Shown: positions 39,800-47,804, numbered from the stretch's first letter. The stretch is 64,000 nt of DNA from a virus (IMGVR_UViG_3300023179_000029:63399-127398), one strand, 5' to 3'. Numbers and translations are program-made. Notes: generated by a model from the sequence alone, not told the origin.

Positions 39800-40482
39800 T
39801 GGCAGATATTATCAAAGTATTTCCCCCGCACGGGTGGGTGGACCTAGAGGATTACAGCGGATCTGATCTTGATGTAGTTAATGCTGCCAAGGTGTCGTTT
39901 GCCAAGCAGTCAGATGGATTTGAAACTGCGGAAAGCAGGATCCTTCATTTCCTTCTTAGAGAAAGGCATGGCAGTCCATTTGAGCATAACTTTTTCAAGT
40001 TTCATGTACGCGCTCCCATTTTTGTCGTAAGAGAATGGCAGCGGCATCGCATTGGATTTTCATACAATGAAGAATCTGGTCGCTATGTAGAACTAAGGCC
40101 GGACTTCTATGTTCCAGAGGAAGCCCGTATTCAGGAGGGCAAGCCCGGATCATATGTATTCGAAGATGGCGATGAGTTTCAAACAGAGCAGCTTAGGACT
40201 TCTGTTATGCTACACTCTAAAAATGCCTACAAGCATTATCAGGAGCTACTTGAATCTGGTATTGCAAAGGAACAAGCAAGGATAGTTCTACCACTTAATA
40301 CATACACTGAGTTTTATTTCACCTGCAACGCCAGAAGTCTTATGAACTTTCTGGAGTTGCGAATGTCATCTCATGCAATGTATGAGATTAGAAAATACGC
40401 AGAAGCCATGTATAAGCTATGGGCAGATGTTATGCCCTATACAGCAGATGCATTTGAGCATTATGGTTTCGTTGCACCTTAA
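39799..40482 (+). CDS. thyX: Flavin-dependent thymidylate synthase
   Basis: HGSPFEH, RHRIGFSYNEESGRY (RHRX7S), KEQARIVLP, NARSLMNFL. Confidence 0.97.
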   Translation: MADIIKVFPPHGWVDLEDYSGSDLDVVNAAKVSFAKQSDGFETAESRILHFLLRERHGSPFEHNFFKFHVRAPIFVVREWQRHRIGFSYNEESGRYVELRPDFYVPEEARIQEGKPGSYVFEDGDEFQTEQLRTSVMLHSKNAYKHYQELLESGIAKEQARIVLPLNTYTEFYFTCNARSLMNFLELRMSSHAMYEIRKYAEAMYKLWADVMPYTADAFEHYGFVAP

Positions 40483-40491
40483 GGAGTAATA

Positions 40492-40773
40492 ATGGAAATT
40501 AGAAAAATCAACCCGTCAGAATTAGATGGATTTGCGGAGCTTATAAAACCCGCTGATCGCTCACAAAATACTTGCATTTGCAGCGGAATTATGTCAAATC
40601 CTGCCGCTCAGTCAAAAATCCTACAGGCTTTGGCGACTGATGCGCATCGGCATTCTCAACTAGCCGTTGAAACAGGAGATGAGTTTTACATTAATCACGC
40701 GCAAGCAATCAGGGAGCTTTGGAAAGAGCTTCGAATTGAATTTGGAATCGAGGATAATAATGAAGAAAATTGA
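40492..40773 (+). CDS. Hypothetical protein
   Basis: SD AAGGAG. Confidence 0.65.
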   Translation: MEIRKINPSELDGFAELIKPADRSQNTCICSGIMSNPAAQSKILQALATDAHRHSQLAVETGDEFYINHAQAIRELWKELRIEFGIEDNNEEN

Positions 40774-41077
40774 AACAAATAATGGCAGTGTCTATGTAGT
40801 TGATTCGCCCTATTGGGCTGGTGAGCATACATTTACGCATTATTCAACTGTAACTTCTAATGATAAGATGGATTTCACTGACCTTTGGGCCGTTGATGTT
40901 TACAAGCGTTCAGGACTTAATCCGCTAGAGCATTATGATCGCCGCTACATTTGGGCCAGTGATGATGCCGAGCATGCCGCTCATATCGCAGATATATTTA
41001 TCGATGATGGGACCAAGGTAATGATTACCCATATTGTTCCTCTTAATGATCGTCTTCGGGAGCCTACTACATTTTAA
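40760..41077 (+). CDS. Hypothetical protein
   Basis: SD GAGGA, ATG 40760. Confidence 0.6.
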   Translation: MKKIETNNGSVYVVDSPYWAGEHTFTHYSTVTSNDKMDFTDLWAVDVYKRSGLNPLEHYDRRYIWASDDAEHAAHIADIFIDDGTKVMITHIVPLNDRLREPTTF

Positions 41078-41175
41078 TCAATTGAGCTTGGTTAATTGAT
41101 GTAAATAGCGCACCGGAATAACCGTCTGGGGATAGCCCTTCGCAGGCCGGTGGCAAAACAAAAGGAAAATAAATT

Positions 41176-41757
41176 ATGGCTACATGGCTCCCCGTTAGAG
41201 CATTTAACCGCACCCAAGAGATCCGTATTGGTAAGCAGAAGGTAACTTCAGTTGATTCTGTTGGCGCCCTTGCTAACCACGTTTACATTGATCTTGAAGA
41301 TAAGGTTTCTCGTAAAGAGCTTGCTTATCACACTTCAATCGGTGGCGTTTATGCCGCAGGTACTGAGATTGAAGTTGTCGCTGGTACTGCCGTTGGACAT
41401 GGCGCTAGGGTCACCGTTACCACTCTTAATGGTGGATCAACTGACCCCGCCGCTGTAATCTACGTCACTAACACAGCAGTTCTTGGTGTATCTGGTGTCA
41501 CTCCAGTTTACACTGTTGATGGTTCTTACAATGTTACTAAGCCAAGCGGTACTTGGACAACCGGTTATTACGCCGACATCCTTGTTCAGATTCATAGCAC
41601 CACTGGCGTTGTTTCAACAAAGACTGGTACCGCTGTTAACACTGGTACTCAGGTAACCCCATCAGTTGATGCAAGCAACCTTGCTGTTGCTAAGTTTACG
41701 CTTACTTATGGCGCATCAAACCATACCGCATCAGCCGTTACAAACCTCAAGTACTAA
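41176..41757 (+). CDS. Putative virion structural protein
   Basis: Thr/Val-rich, strong SD, biased codons, own terminator. Confidence 0.6.
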   Translation: MATWLPVRAFNRTQEIRIGKQKVTSVDSVGALANHVYIDLEDKVSRKELAYHTSIGGVYAAGTEIEVVAGTAVGHGARVTVTTLNGGSTDPAAVIYVTNTAVLGVSGVTPVYTVDGSYNVTKPSGTWTTGYYADILVQIHSTTGVVSTKTGTAVNTGTQVTPSVDASNLAVAKFTLTYGASNHTASAVTNLKY

Positions 41758-41777
41758 ATTTAATTAGCACTTGAACG

Positions 41778-41803
41778 AATAAGGCCGCGAAAGCGGCCTT
41801 ATT
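41778..41803. terminator. Bidirectional intrinsic terminator
   Basis: AATAAGGCCGC-GAAA-GCGGCCTTATT. Confidence 0.85.
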
Positions 41804-41949
41804 TATTTCTTATATACATGCCATCTAGAGCATTTGCGGCATTTGAAAAAATCCCAATAGCCAAATCTACTAAATGCTTCGCTAGCGGCGCTGTACGCTG
41901 AATTATACTTAAAGTATTTATCGCACTTACGAGACTTAAACAGTTTCAT
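41803..41949 (-). CDS. Small Zn-finger protein
   Basis: MKLFKSRKC...FKCRKCSRWH. Confidence 0.5.
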   Translation of the reverse strand: MKLFKSRKCDKYFKYNSAYSAASEAFSRFGYWDFFKCRKCSRWHVYKK

Positions 41950-43222
41950 TTTCGTCTGATACTTGACTTTCAATACTTGGATGGTGACCATTCCTAAATG
42001 TCCAAGCCCCACCCATATCTTCTACAAGAGTAAGAGGAACTGGGCGATTAAAACTTTTAGTGCGCTGAATGATTTGCGCCCAATCTCCGGGTTGAGGATC
42101 GCGCTGACCACCAGAAGGTTGAATTGCAACTAACCAGCGTCCATCTGCGCCTTTAACAAATCTACCTGATGTATAAAGTTCTTGATTATCAAAATCTTCT
42201 AATTGATTTTCAGCGTATCGACTGTATCTATCTTTAGCTTCCCAAAAATAGATACCATTCTGTTGTCCGCCCCAATGACTTGGAATGTTTTCTTCTGAAA
42301 TTAAATTAGTTAAAACCATTGGTTTTGCCGTACTACTGCCGCTTCTTACGTTAATTGTATCTCCAGACTGCGGGGGTTCCTGACCCTCGCCGACTTCAAC
42401 TTGAACTAACCATTTATTATCAAATTTCTGCCAAGTTCCATAAATATCTGATCTTTCAGATCCTGTATGCGGTCCAAGGGGATGCTCTGCGGAAGGTAAA
42501 TTAAATTGTTGCTCAAGTGGGTCTTGCCTAGTTTCTTCCCTGCCTGCGGGAGTAGCAGGCGGTGGAACGCCCGGCTGATTAGCCGCATTGTTCCAACCGC
42601 AACTATTGCAATGCATGCTGCCGTCTTCTTCAAGATAAACAGAATTATCATTAAAACATTCGGGGCAAGCGTTATCTTCGTCCCATCCACAATTTTCGCA
42701 TTGTCTGACGGCAGGATCAACAGCATCTACTCCACACTGCGGGCAATTACCCTTTAGCGGCTCTTCGCCGGGGTTGGTATTCATTGTTGGAATGTTCTCA
42801 AGACCCGCACCTGATGATGGTTCTTGAATAGCCTTCATAAGAGCATCCTCGGCTTCAAAAATATCTACCGGATGGAGGTCTTCATGTTCCCCACCTTCAT
42901 CGAATTCATCCTCCATGGCAATTTCATCAAATTGGTGATACATATCACGAAGGGCCATAAATTCGTCACCATTAAGTCTTACCGTATATAGCTGCCGCTC
43001 ATTAGGGCCGCCATTATAAGTTTGATCAAGATGTTCTAAAATACTTTGATATTGAGAAGGATCAGTTATTCCGGTCCTATTTGCCCAAGTAATAATATCA
43101 AAAAGGCCCATAAGGCCACTCATATCTACATTAATAGTAAAATAAAGATTAGAATCGCCTAAATCAGAAACCTTTTTAATAGGTTCCTCATCTGGATTAT
43201 CAAATAAGGAAAAGTGTCTCAT
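41936..43222 (-). CDS. Hypothetical acidic protein with double Zn ribbon and duplicated C-terminal domain
   Basis: CPQCG/CENCG/CPECF/CNSCG; two repeats G.(W/F).K....WLV....G...PQ.GD. Confidence 0.65.
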   Translation of the reverse strand: MRHFSLFDNPDEEPIKKVSDLGDSNLYFTINVDMSGLMGLFDIITWANRTGITDPSQYQSILEHLDQTYNGGPNERQLYTVRLNGDEFMALRDMYHQFDEIAMEDEFDEGGEHEDLHPVDIFEAEDALMKAIQEPSSGAGLENIPTMNTNPGEEPLKGNCPQCGVDAVDPAVRQCENCGWDEDNACPECFNDNSVYLEEDGSMHCNSCGWNNAANQPGVPPPATPAGREETRQDPLEQQFNLPSAEHPLGPHTGSERSDIYGTWQKFDNKWLVQVEVGEGQEPPQSGDTINVRSGSSTAKPMVLTNLISEENIPSHWGGQQNGIYFWEAKDRYSRYAENQLEDFDNQELYTSGRFVKGADGRWLVAIQPSGGQRDPQPGDWAQIIQRTKSFNRPVPLTLVEDMGGAWTFRNGHHPSIESQVSDENETV

Positions 43223-44157
43223 TATTCAGGAAGGGTGGGAATGTCTTCAAGGCCAGATTGTGATCCTGCTACATCATACTCTGCTGTATCAAGGGCGGAT
43301 AGCGCATCAAGCACTTTAGCGGCCTCTGGATTACTTTCGCCAATCATATTGAGAAATACCCTAAGTGCGCCTTTAATATTTGCTAGCTGGTCTGCATTGA
43401 GCCTGAGAGTGTAATAAGCACTTTGCAGCGGATCGCCAGCAAGATGAGCATTAAGTTGATCAGGGGTCATCGCCGCAATAATATGATCATCGGGCATGCT
43501 TGAGCGCAAAGGTTCCTGATTACTTGCAGCAGCCTGATTTACAATATCGGTTACTTCAGCCATAATTTGCTCCTCTGATGCGCCAGCGGCCCGCATTTCC
43601 CTAATAATTCTCACAACAGCCTGATTTACTTCAGGGGAAAGACTAGCATAGTCTTCATCAGTAAGATTGCTCTTTTTAAGTCGTTGGTCCATAGCTTCCT
43701 CTATATCATTAATGCTGGGTTGTACTTCATCTTCAGGTACTCCGCCTTCAATCATTTGCTCCCTAAGAACAGAATCAAGATTTGGGTCAAGCTTATACCC
43801 AACATGCGCAGTGTTTTGATTTGAATTGCCAAAGACTTCATTTACCATATCTTGTACCATTTTTTGATACGTAGGCGCATCAGATAATATTTTGTAATGT
43901 GCATACATATTCATTGGTTGGCCAAAGTTTTGTGATTGAACAGCATTAGTGATGCGTTGCAAAAAGTAATTAAACCAATTATATGATACAAATTCGGGCT
44001 TTTGAGGACATGAATGCATCATATCTAAAGTGCCCTCTTTTGCATTTTCAATAACAATATCAAACATTTCCTGCGCTTCAGGATCTTGATCGTATTTTGC
44101 AATCCAAAAATCGGCTTGATCGGCAGTAAAATTGAATTGAAGGGGATTGAATTCCAT
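43222..44157 (-). CDS. Hypothetical acidic protein
   Basis: 311-aa ORF, no SD (probably leaderless). Confidence 0.65.
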   Translation of the reverse strand: MEFNPLQFNFTADQADFWIAKYDQDPEAQEMFDIVIENAKEGTLDMMHSCPQKPEFVSYNWFNYFLQRITNAVQSQNFGQPMNMYAHYKILSDAPTYQKMVQDMVNEVFGNSNQNTAHVGYKLDPNLDSVLREQMIEGGVPEDEVQPSINDIEEAMDQRLKKSNLTDEDYASLSPEVNQAVVRIIREMRAAGASEEQIMAEVTDIVNQAAASNQEPLRSSMPDDHIIAAMTPDQLNAHLAGDPLQSAYYTLRLNADQLANIKGALRVFLNMIGESNPEAAKVLDALSALDTAEYDVAGSQSGLEDIPTLPE

Positions 44158-44476
44158 ATAAGTTACTAGTCGCCCATTCCCAGCTTTAAGTGGCGCAGCC
44201 TTTCAGAAAAAACAACCCCTCCCGCGCAAACATCGGCTTTTTCAGATTCGACTTTATAGGCTTTATATTTAATAATTAAATATAAATTAAAATAAGGCGT
44301 TCTAAGCTTTGCTTTATTCAATCCGGGTAAATACTCAAATGATTTAATTCAATCCGGGAGAATGCGTTTATGGGCCTGCTGAGAGGATGCTAAGAAGGCA
44401 ATCCGAGGAAGCTTGCAAGCAAGCCGAGAGGATTGGGCGCGACTATATTATATCTTTTTTCTTATGTTTAATGTTT

Positions 44477-44716
44477 ATGAAGCACAATAGCTCACATGAA
44501 GCACTCAAGAACAAGCCTTTTGAACTCTTAGCTTACAATCAAGACGTTTTTCGTCGGCAGTGGGAGAAGCGAGCAATGGAGGCGGCAGAAGCAGACGGTG
44601 GGCAATTCGGCGCAGCCTGTCAAGCGCTCATGGATGAAGCGGAGGATGCATGGGAAGAGAACCAGTACGAGCACCCAGCAGACATTATAATGTACTACTG
44701 GCGAAACAACTATTAA
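44477..44716 (+). CDS. Hypothetical protein
   Basis: MKHNSSHEALK...; start uncertain; followed by terminator. Confidence 0.55.
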   Translation: MKHNSSHEALKNKPFELLAYNQDVFRRQWEKRAMEAAEADGGQFGAACQALMDEAEDAWEENQYEHPADIIMYYWRNNY

Positions 44717-44735
44717 ACAATAATCGCTTTTCTTG

Positions 44736-44761
44736 AAAAGGTCCCTCAATGGGACCTTTTT
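44736..44761. terminator. Bidirectional intrinsic terminator
   Basis: AAAAGGTCCC-TCAAT-GGGACCTTTTT. Confidence 0.8.
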
Positions 44762-44876
44762 ATTTGGGTGTATGGCCCTTCTGCTTACCCTTGTCGCGAA
44801 GCTTCTGCTTATACGACTTGAACTTAGCGCTATAGCTACCCGTGTTCGATGATTTATTATTATTTTCTTTCTTCAT
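44760..44876 (-). CDS. Small basic 38-aa protein
   Basis: MKKENNNKSS...KQKGHTPK*; late-type upstream motif; ends at terminator. Confidence 0.5.
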   Translation of the reverse strand: MKKENNNKSSNTGSYSAKFKSYKQKLRDKGKQKGHTPK

Positions 44877-44978
44877 ATAAATTAATTGCCGGTTAAGGCC
44901 AAAATATGACCTATAAATATGACCTATATTTACCTTAACCTGATATAGTATTAGGTATAGACCAAAGAAAGGCCAACC

Positions 44979-45053
44979 ATGACCATCACATTATTTTTAT
45001 TTTTATTTTTCACTGTAAACATCACCATCGTAAACAATCGGGTACCCAAATAA
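44979..45053 (+). CDS. 24-aa hydrophobic peptide
   Basis: SD AGAAAGG; MTITLFLFLFFTVNITIVNNRVPK*. Confidence 0.4.
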   Translation: MTITLFLFLFFTVNITIVNNRVPK

Positions 45054-45124
45054 GGGACCCGATTTATTTTTTATATATGGGACCCAATTATTTTTTATAT
45101 TAGGTACCATCAAAAAGGGACCCG
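45040..45124. repeat. GGGACCC/GGTACC repeats in AT-rich tract
   Basis: GGGACCC x3, GGTACC x2, two copies of GGGACCCnATT(T)ATTTTTTATAT. Confidence 0.6.
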
Positions 45125-45300
45125 TCTTCGATACTCATTTCCTAAGCAAACAGCCCCGTCCATAGGGGCAAAAAGAAGACTGGGGGTTACCCTATCCCAA
45201 GCTACAATAGGGACTCCTAAAGATCCTCAGCCTTTACCATACCTTTACTATTGGTGTGATAGGAGGGAGGGGATGTCTTTCCCCTCCCTTTACTATCTCT

Positions 45301-45582
45301 TTACTCTGCGTCTACCTTGATGCTGAGGTTGTGAGCCGTGGTCAGGTGGGCGATGGCATCGTGCAGCTTGATGTAGCCTGCGTCCATGCTGTCCCACCTC
45401 AGATCCCTGTTGATGCTGATGGGGTGCCACTCCACCATGTTTGCGTCAGGGATGAAGTCCCTAGCGTTGCTTGCTTCGATGCAGGCGTTGATCTCCATCT
45501 CCATTTCGTGCAACTCCTCCACGATGTTGTAGAGGCGGTCAGTGATGGATACTACGGTTGAGGTACTTCCTGTGTTGTTCAT
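45301..45582 (-). CDS. Hypothetical protein (leaderless)
   Basis: ATG 7 nt after -10 of direct-repeat promoter. Confidence 0.65.
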   Translation of the reverse strand: MNNTGSTSTVVSITDRLYNIVEELHEMEMEINACIEASNARDFIPDANMVEWHPISINRDLRWDSMDAGYIKLHDAIAHLTTAHNLSIKVDAE

Positions 45583-45589
45583 GCTATGC

Positions 45590-45623
45590 ATGTTAGCAGG
45601 TCGTGGGTAAAGAGCAGGCTAAA
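45590..45623 (-). promoter_or_regulatory. Direct-repeat promoter 1
   Basis: TTAGCC-N5-TTTACC-N10-TAACAT. Confidence 0.75.
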
Positions 45624-45855
45624 CCTTAGCCTGCTGCTCTCCCTTGTCGAACCTCTGGCTGACTCCCTGCGCCATTTCGAGGATCTCCAGCGCCTTCTCC
45701 AGAGGAGCGGTAGCGTCTTCGATCAGGTGGAAGCGGCGGTCGTCAAGGTCATTGACTGCCTCAGTCTCTACGAGTTCCATGTAGAGATCGTTAGCGCCCT
45801 TCAGTGCTTCCTCTGTCGCGCTGATGATCTCTTCGATCTTGTCTGTGGTGGTCAT
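45619..45855 (-). CDS. Hypothetical acidic protein
   Basis: SD GAAGGA. Confidence 0.7.
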   Translation of the reverse strand: MTTTDKIEEIISATEEALKGANDLYMELVETEAVNDLDDRRFHLIEDATAPLEKALEILEMAQGVSQRFDKGEQQAKV

Positions 45856-45886
45856 GGCGTCCTTCCGGTTGATTGACTGTAGGTGA

Positions 45887-45920
45887 ACCTTAGCAGCCTG
45901 ATGGTAAAGGGCGAGTAAAG
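45887..45920 (-). promoter_or_regulatory. Direct-repeat promoter 2
   Basis: TTTACT-N5-TTTACC-N10-TAAGGT. Confidence 0.8.
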
Positions 45921-45982
45921 CTTTGTTTCATGTTGCGCAACCTGCAACGGCGGCGGCCCTTGTTCCTTCCCGCCCTCCCTGC

Positions 45983-46016
45983 ATGATAGCGAGGACAGGG
46001 TAAAGAAAAGGCAAAG
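45983..46016 (-). promoter_or_regulatory. Direct-repeat promoter 3 (no ORF downstream)
   Basis: TTTGCC-N5-TTTACC-N10-TATCAT. Confidence 0.75.
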
Positions 46017-46018
46017 CT

Positions 46019-46195
46019 TTATTCAAAGTATGACTCTGGAAGCTCTGCTGCATAGATGTATTCAGGCTCTGCATCCTCTGGGATCCATGTGGCGGCGGCC
46101 TTTGCTGTGCGGATTACCTCTGCATTAGTGGCGTCCGTGGGGTTCTCATTGTGGGCTTTCACTGCGGCCCTGTATGCTTCTCTCAGTTCGTTCAT
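46019..46195 (-). CDS. Hypothetical protein (leaderless)
   Basis: MNELREAYRAAV..., ATG 6 nt after -10. Confidence 0.65.
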   Translation of the reverse strand: MNELREAYRAAVKAHNENPTDATNAEVIRTAKAAATWIPEDAEPEYIYAAELPESYFE

Positions 46196-46201
46196 GCTTT
46201 C

Positions 46202-46235
46202 AGCATAGCAGGTTGATTGTAAAGACAAGGTAAAA
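46202..46235 (-). promoter_or_regulatory. Direct-repeat promoter 4
   Basis: TTTACC-N5-TTTACA-N10-TATGCT. Confidence 0.8.
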
Positions 46236-46279
46236 CATACGGCGGCGGCTAACTACTATTTCCTTCCCGCCCTCCCTGC

Positions 46280-46313
46280 ATTATAGCGCCCCTTCGGTAA
46301 AGAGAGGGTAAAG
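46280..46313 (-). promoter_or_regulatory. Direct-repeat promoter 5 (no ORF downstream)
   Basis: TTTACC-N5-TTTACC-N10-TATAAT. Confidence 0.8.
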
Positions 46314-46355
46314 GATTGGAGGGGGTGATTGGCCCACCCCCTCCGTTCCCTTCTG

Positions 46356-46631
46356 CTAGCTGGCCTTCGCGGCGAGCTTGCGGCCCTTGTCGGTGAGGCC
46401 GTAGGTGTGGGCAGGGCGTCCGCGCTGCGGCTTCATCACCTTGCCGGTCACCTTGACCAGACCCTGAGCGACCATCCGGGTCATGAGCGACGGCTGCTGC
46501 TCCAGCGAAACAGCGGTGGCCTTGCCCTTGCTCTCCTTGATCTCCTTGAGGATCTGAGCGGCCTTGACCTCGTAAGCAGCGGTACGGTGGTGCTTCTCGG
46601 TCTTGGTGGTCTTGTCGGTCTTGGTAGCCAT
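46356..46631 (-). CDS. Winged helix-turn-helix DNA-binding protein
   Basis: Basic 91 aa; GLVKV...RGRPAHTYGLTDKGR wing motif; SD AAGGAG. Confidence 0.7.
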   Translation of the reverse strand: MATKTDKTTKTEKHHRTAAYEVKAAQILKEIKESKGKATAVSLEQQPSLMTRMVAQGLVKVTGKVMKPQRGRPAHTYGLTDKGRKLAAKAS

Positions 46632-46684
46632 GTGGCTCTCCTTTGGTTGAGTGGTAATCACCATTTGATTACCTTGTGCAATGC

Positions 46685-46740
46685 ACTATAGCGGGTTGAT
46701 AGTAAAGAGAAAGGAAAGACAAGGCAAAAGTTAGGTAAAG
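46685..46740 (-). promoter_or_regulatory. Direct-repeat promoter 6 with four boxes
   Basis: TTTACC, TTTGCC, TTTCCT, TTTACT at 11-bp period, then N10-TATAGT. Confidence 0.8.
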
Positions 46741-46776
46741 CTTTGTTTGCCACCCTTTCTCCGACCCGCCCTCCCT

Positions 46777-46810
46777 ATTTTATCATTGAGCAGGTAAAGA
46801 ACGGGTAAAG
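46777..46810 (-). promoter_or_regulatory. Direct-repeat promoter 7 (no ORF directly downstream)
   Basis: TTTACC-N5-TTTACC-N10-TAAAAT. Confidence 0.8.
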
Positions 46811-46829
46811 CCGGGGCTTTCGCCCCGGC
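46810..46829 (-). terminator. Terminator-like hairpin
   Basis: GCCGGGGC-GAAA-GCCCCGGC then TTT; identical hairpin within 48147-48168. Confidence 0.7.
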
Positions 46830-46859
46830 TCACCTGCGCCGCTCAACCAAACGGCAAAC

Positions 46860-47078
46860 TTAGTCTGCGAGTGCGTAATCTTCGTTGAGGCTGTCGAAGT
46901 AGCCTGTGATAGCCTCAGTGATACGGCTACCAAGCTCTGCCTCATCCAGATCGGCTTCTGCCGGTGTGAACGGAGTCTTGGGAACTGCGACAAGGATCAG
47001 ACAATCCTCATGTGCCTCTGCCTCCTGAGCAAGCTCGTAGAAAGACTTATTTTTGTTACGACGGTTGAAGATACCCAT
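46860..47078 (-). CDS. Hypothetical protein
   Basis: SD GAAAGGA. Confidence 0.7.
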   Translation of the reverse strand: MGIFNRRNKNKSFYELAQEAEAHEDCLILVAVPKTPFTPAEADLDEAELGSRITEAITGYFDSLNEDYALAD

Positions 47079-47112
47079 TTGGGTTCCTTTCGGTTGATTT
47101 ACTGTGTCCTAC

Positions 47113-47146
47113 ACTCTAGCAGATGCTAGGTAAAAAGAGAGTAAAG
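47113..47146 (-). promoter_or_regulatory. Direct-repeat promoter 8
   Basis: TTTACT-N5-TTTACC-N10-TAGAGT. Confidence 0.8.
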
Positions 47147-47218
47147 CTACGACACGGGCTGCCTATAATGAGGTCTTACGCAAATATCATCTGGCCGTAA
47201 GCCTTACTCTCATTTACT

Positions 47219-47252
47219 ACATTAGCAGGTCAATGGTAAAGACCTTGCTAAA
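47219..47252 (-). promoter_or_regulatory. Direct-repeat promoter 9 (drives hairpin unit)
   Basis: TTAGCA-N5-TTTACC-N10-TAATGT. Confidence 0.7.
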
Positions 47253-47314
47253 CTTTGTATCCCGCTCCACTCGCTAATGCGAGAGGGAGGGGATCGCACC
47301 CCCTCCCTTTGCTA

Positions 47315-47572
47315 CTAGTTTGCCGTAACAGCGCCCAGCATCTTCTCCATCTCGGTCATGTTTTGGGCTGCTGCCAGCAGTGCCTCATTGCGAAGCTCAG
47401 TCCCGCCGATAGTCTCGGCCAGATCAGCAAGGCTATCCAGAAAATTCTCGCCCGTCATTCTGACCAGAAACCCCGGTACTTCCTGCTCGTTCGGGGTCTG
47501 CCCCATAGTGGCACACACTGCCATCATCTCGCTCAGGATCTTGGTGGCTTCTGCCTTCTGCTGCTCGTTCAT
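47315..47572 (-). CDS. Hypothetical protein
   Basis: SD GGAGG. Confidence 0.7.
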   Translation of the reverse strand: MNEQQKAEATKILSEMMAVCATMGQTPNEQEVPGFLVRMTGENFLDSLADLAETIGGTELRNEALLAAAQNMTEMEKMLGAVTAN

Positions 47573-47607
47573 TTCTACCTCCCGGTAGTGGTTGATTTGT
47601 GTTTACT

Positions 47608-47641
47608 ACCTTAGCAGGTCTTAGGTAAAGACTTTGCTAAT
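47608..47641 (-). promoter_or_regulatory. Direct-repeat promoter 10
   Basis: TTAGCA-N5-TTTACC-N10-TAAGGT. Confidence 0.75.
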
Positions 47642-47804
47642 CTTCTGGATTGTGCTTTTTATCACAATCGTTACAAAGCCATCCACCCGGCGGCATAGGC
47701 TCTGATGACATTACAATGCCGGTATGGAGGGCGCTATGCTTCCACGGTACAGTGAATACCACTCCGCAATCGAAGCACACCTCCCAAACCTCATGCGTTT
47801 GCAT
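47637..47804 (-). CDS. Small Zn-ribbon protein
   Basis: MQTHEVWEVCFDCG...CNDC; SD AAGGAG. Confidence 0.6.
   Translation of the reverse strand: MQTHEVWEVCFDCGVVFTVPWKHSALHTGIVMSSEPMPPGGWLCNDCDKKHNPED

Noticed and set aside
46329-47614. Plus-strand ORFs 46329-46691 and 47255-47614
   Set aside because: Antisense to genes with clear promoters and SD sequences; open only because of local high GC
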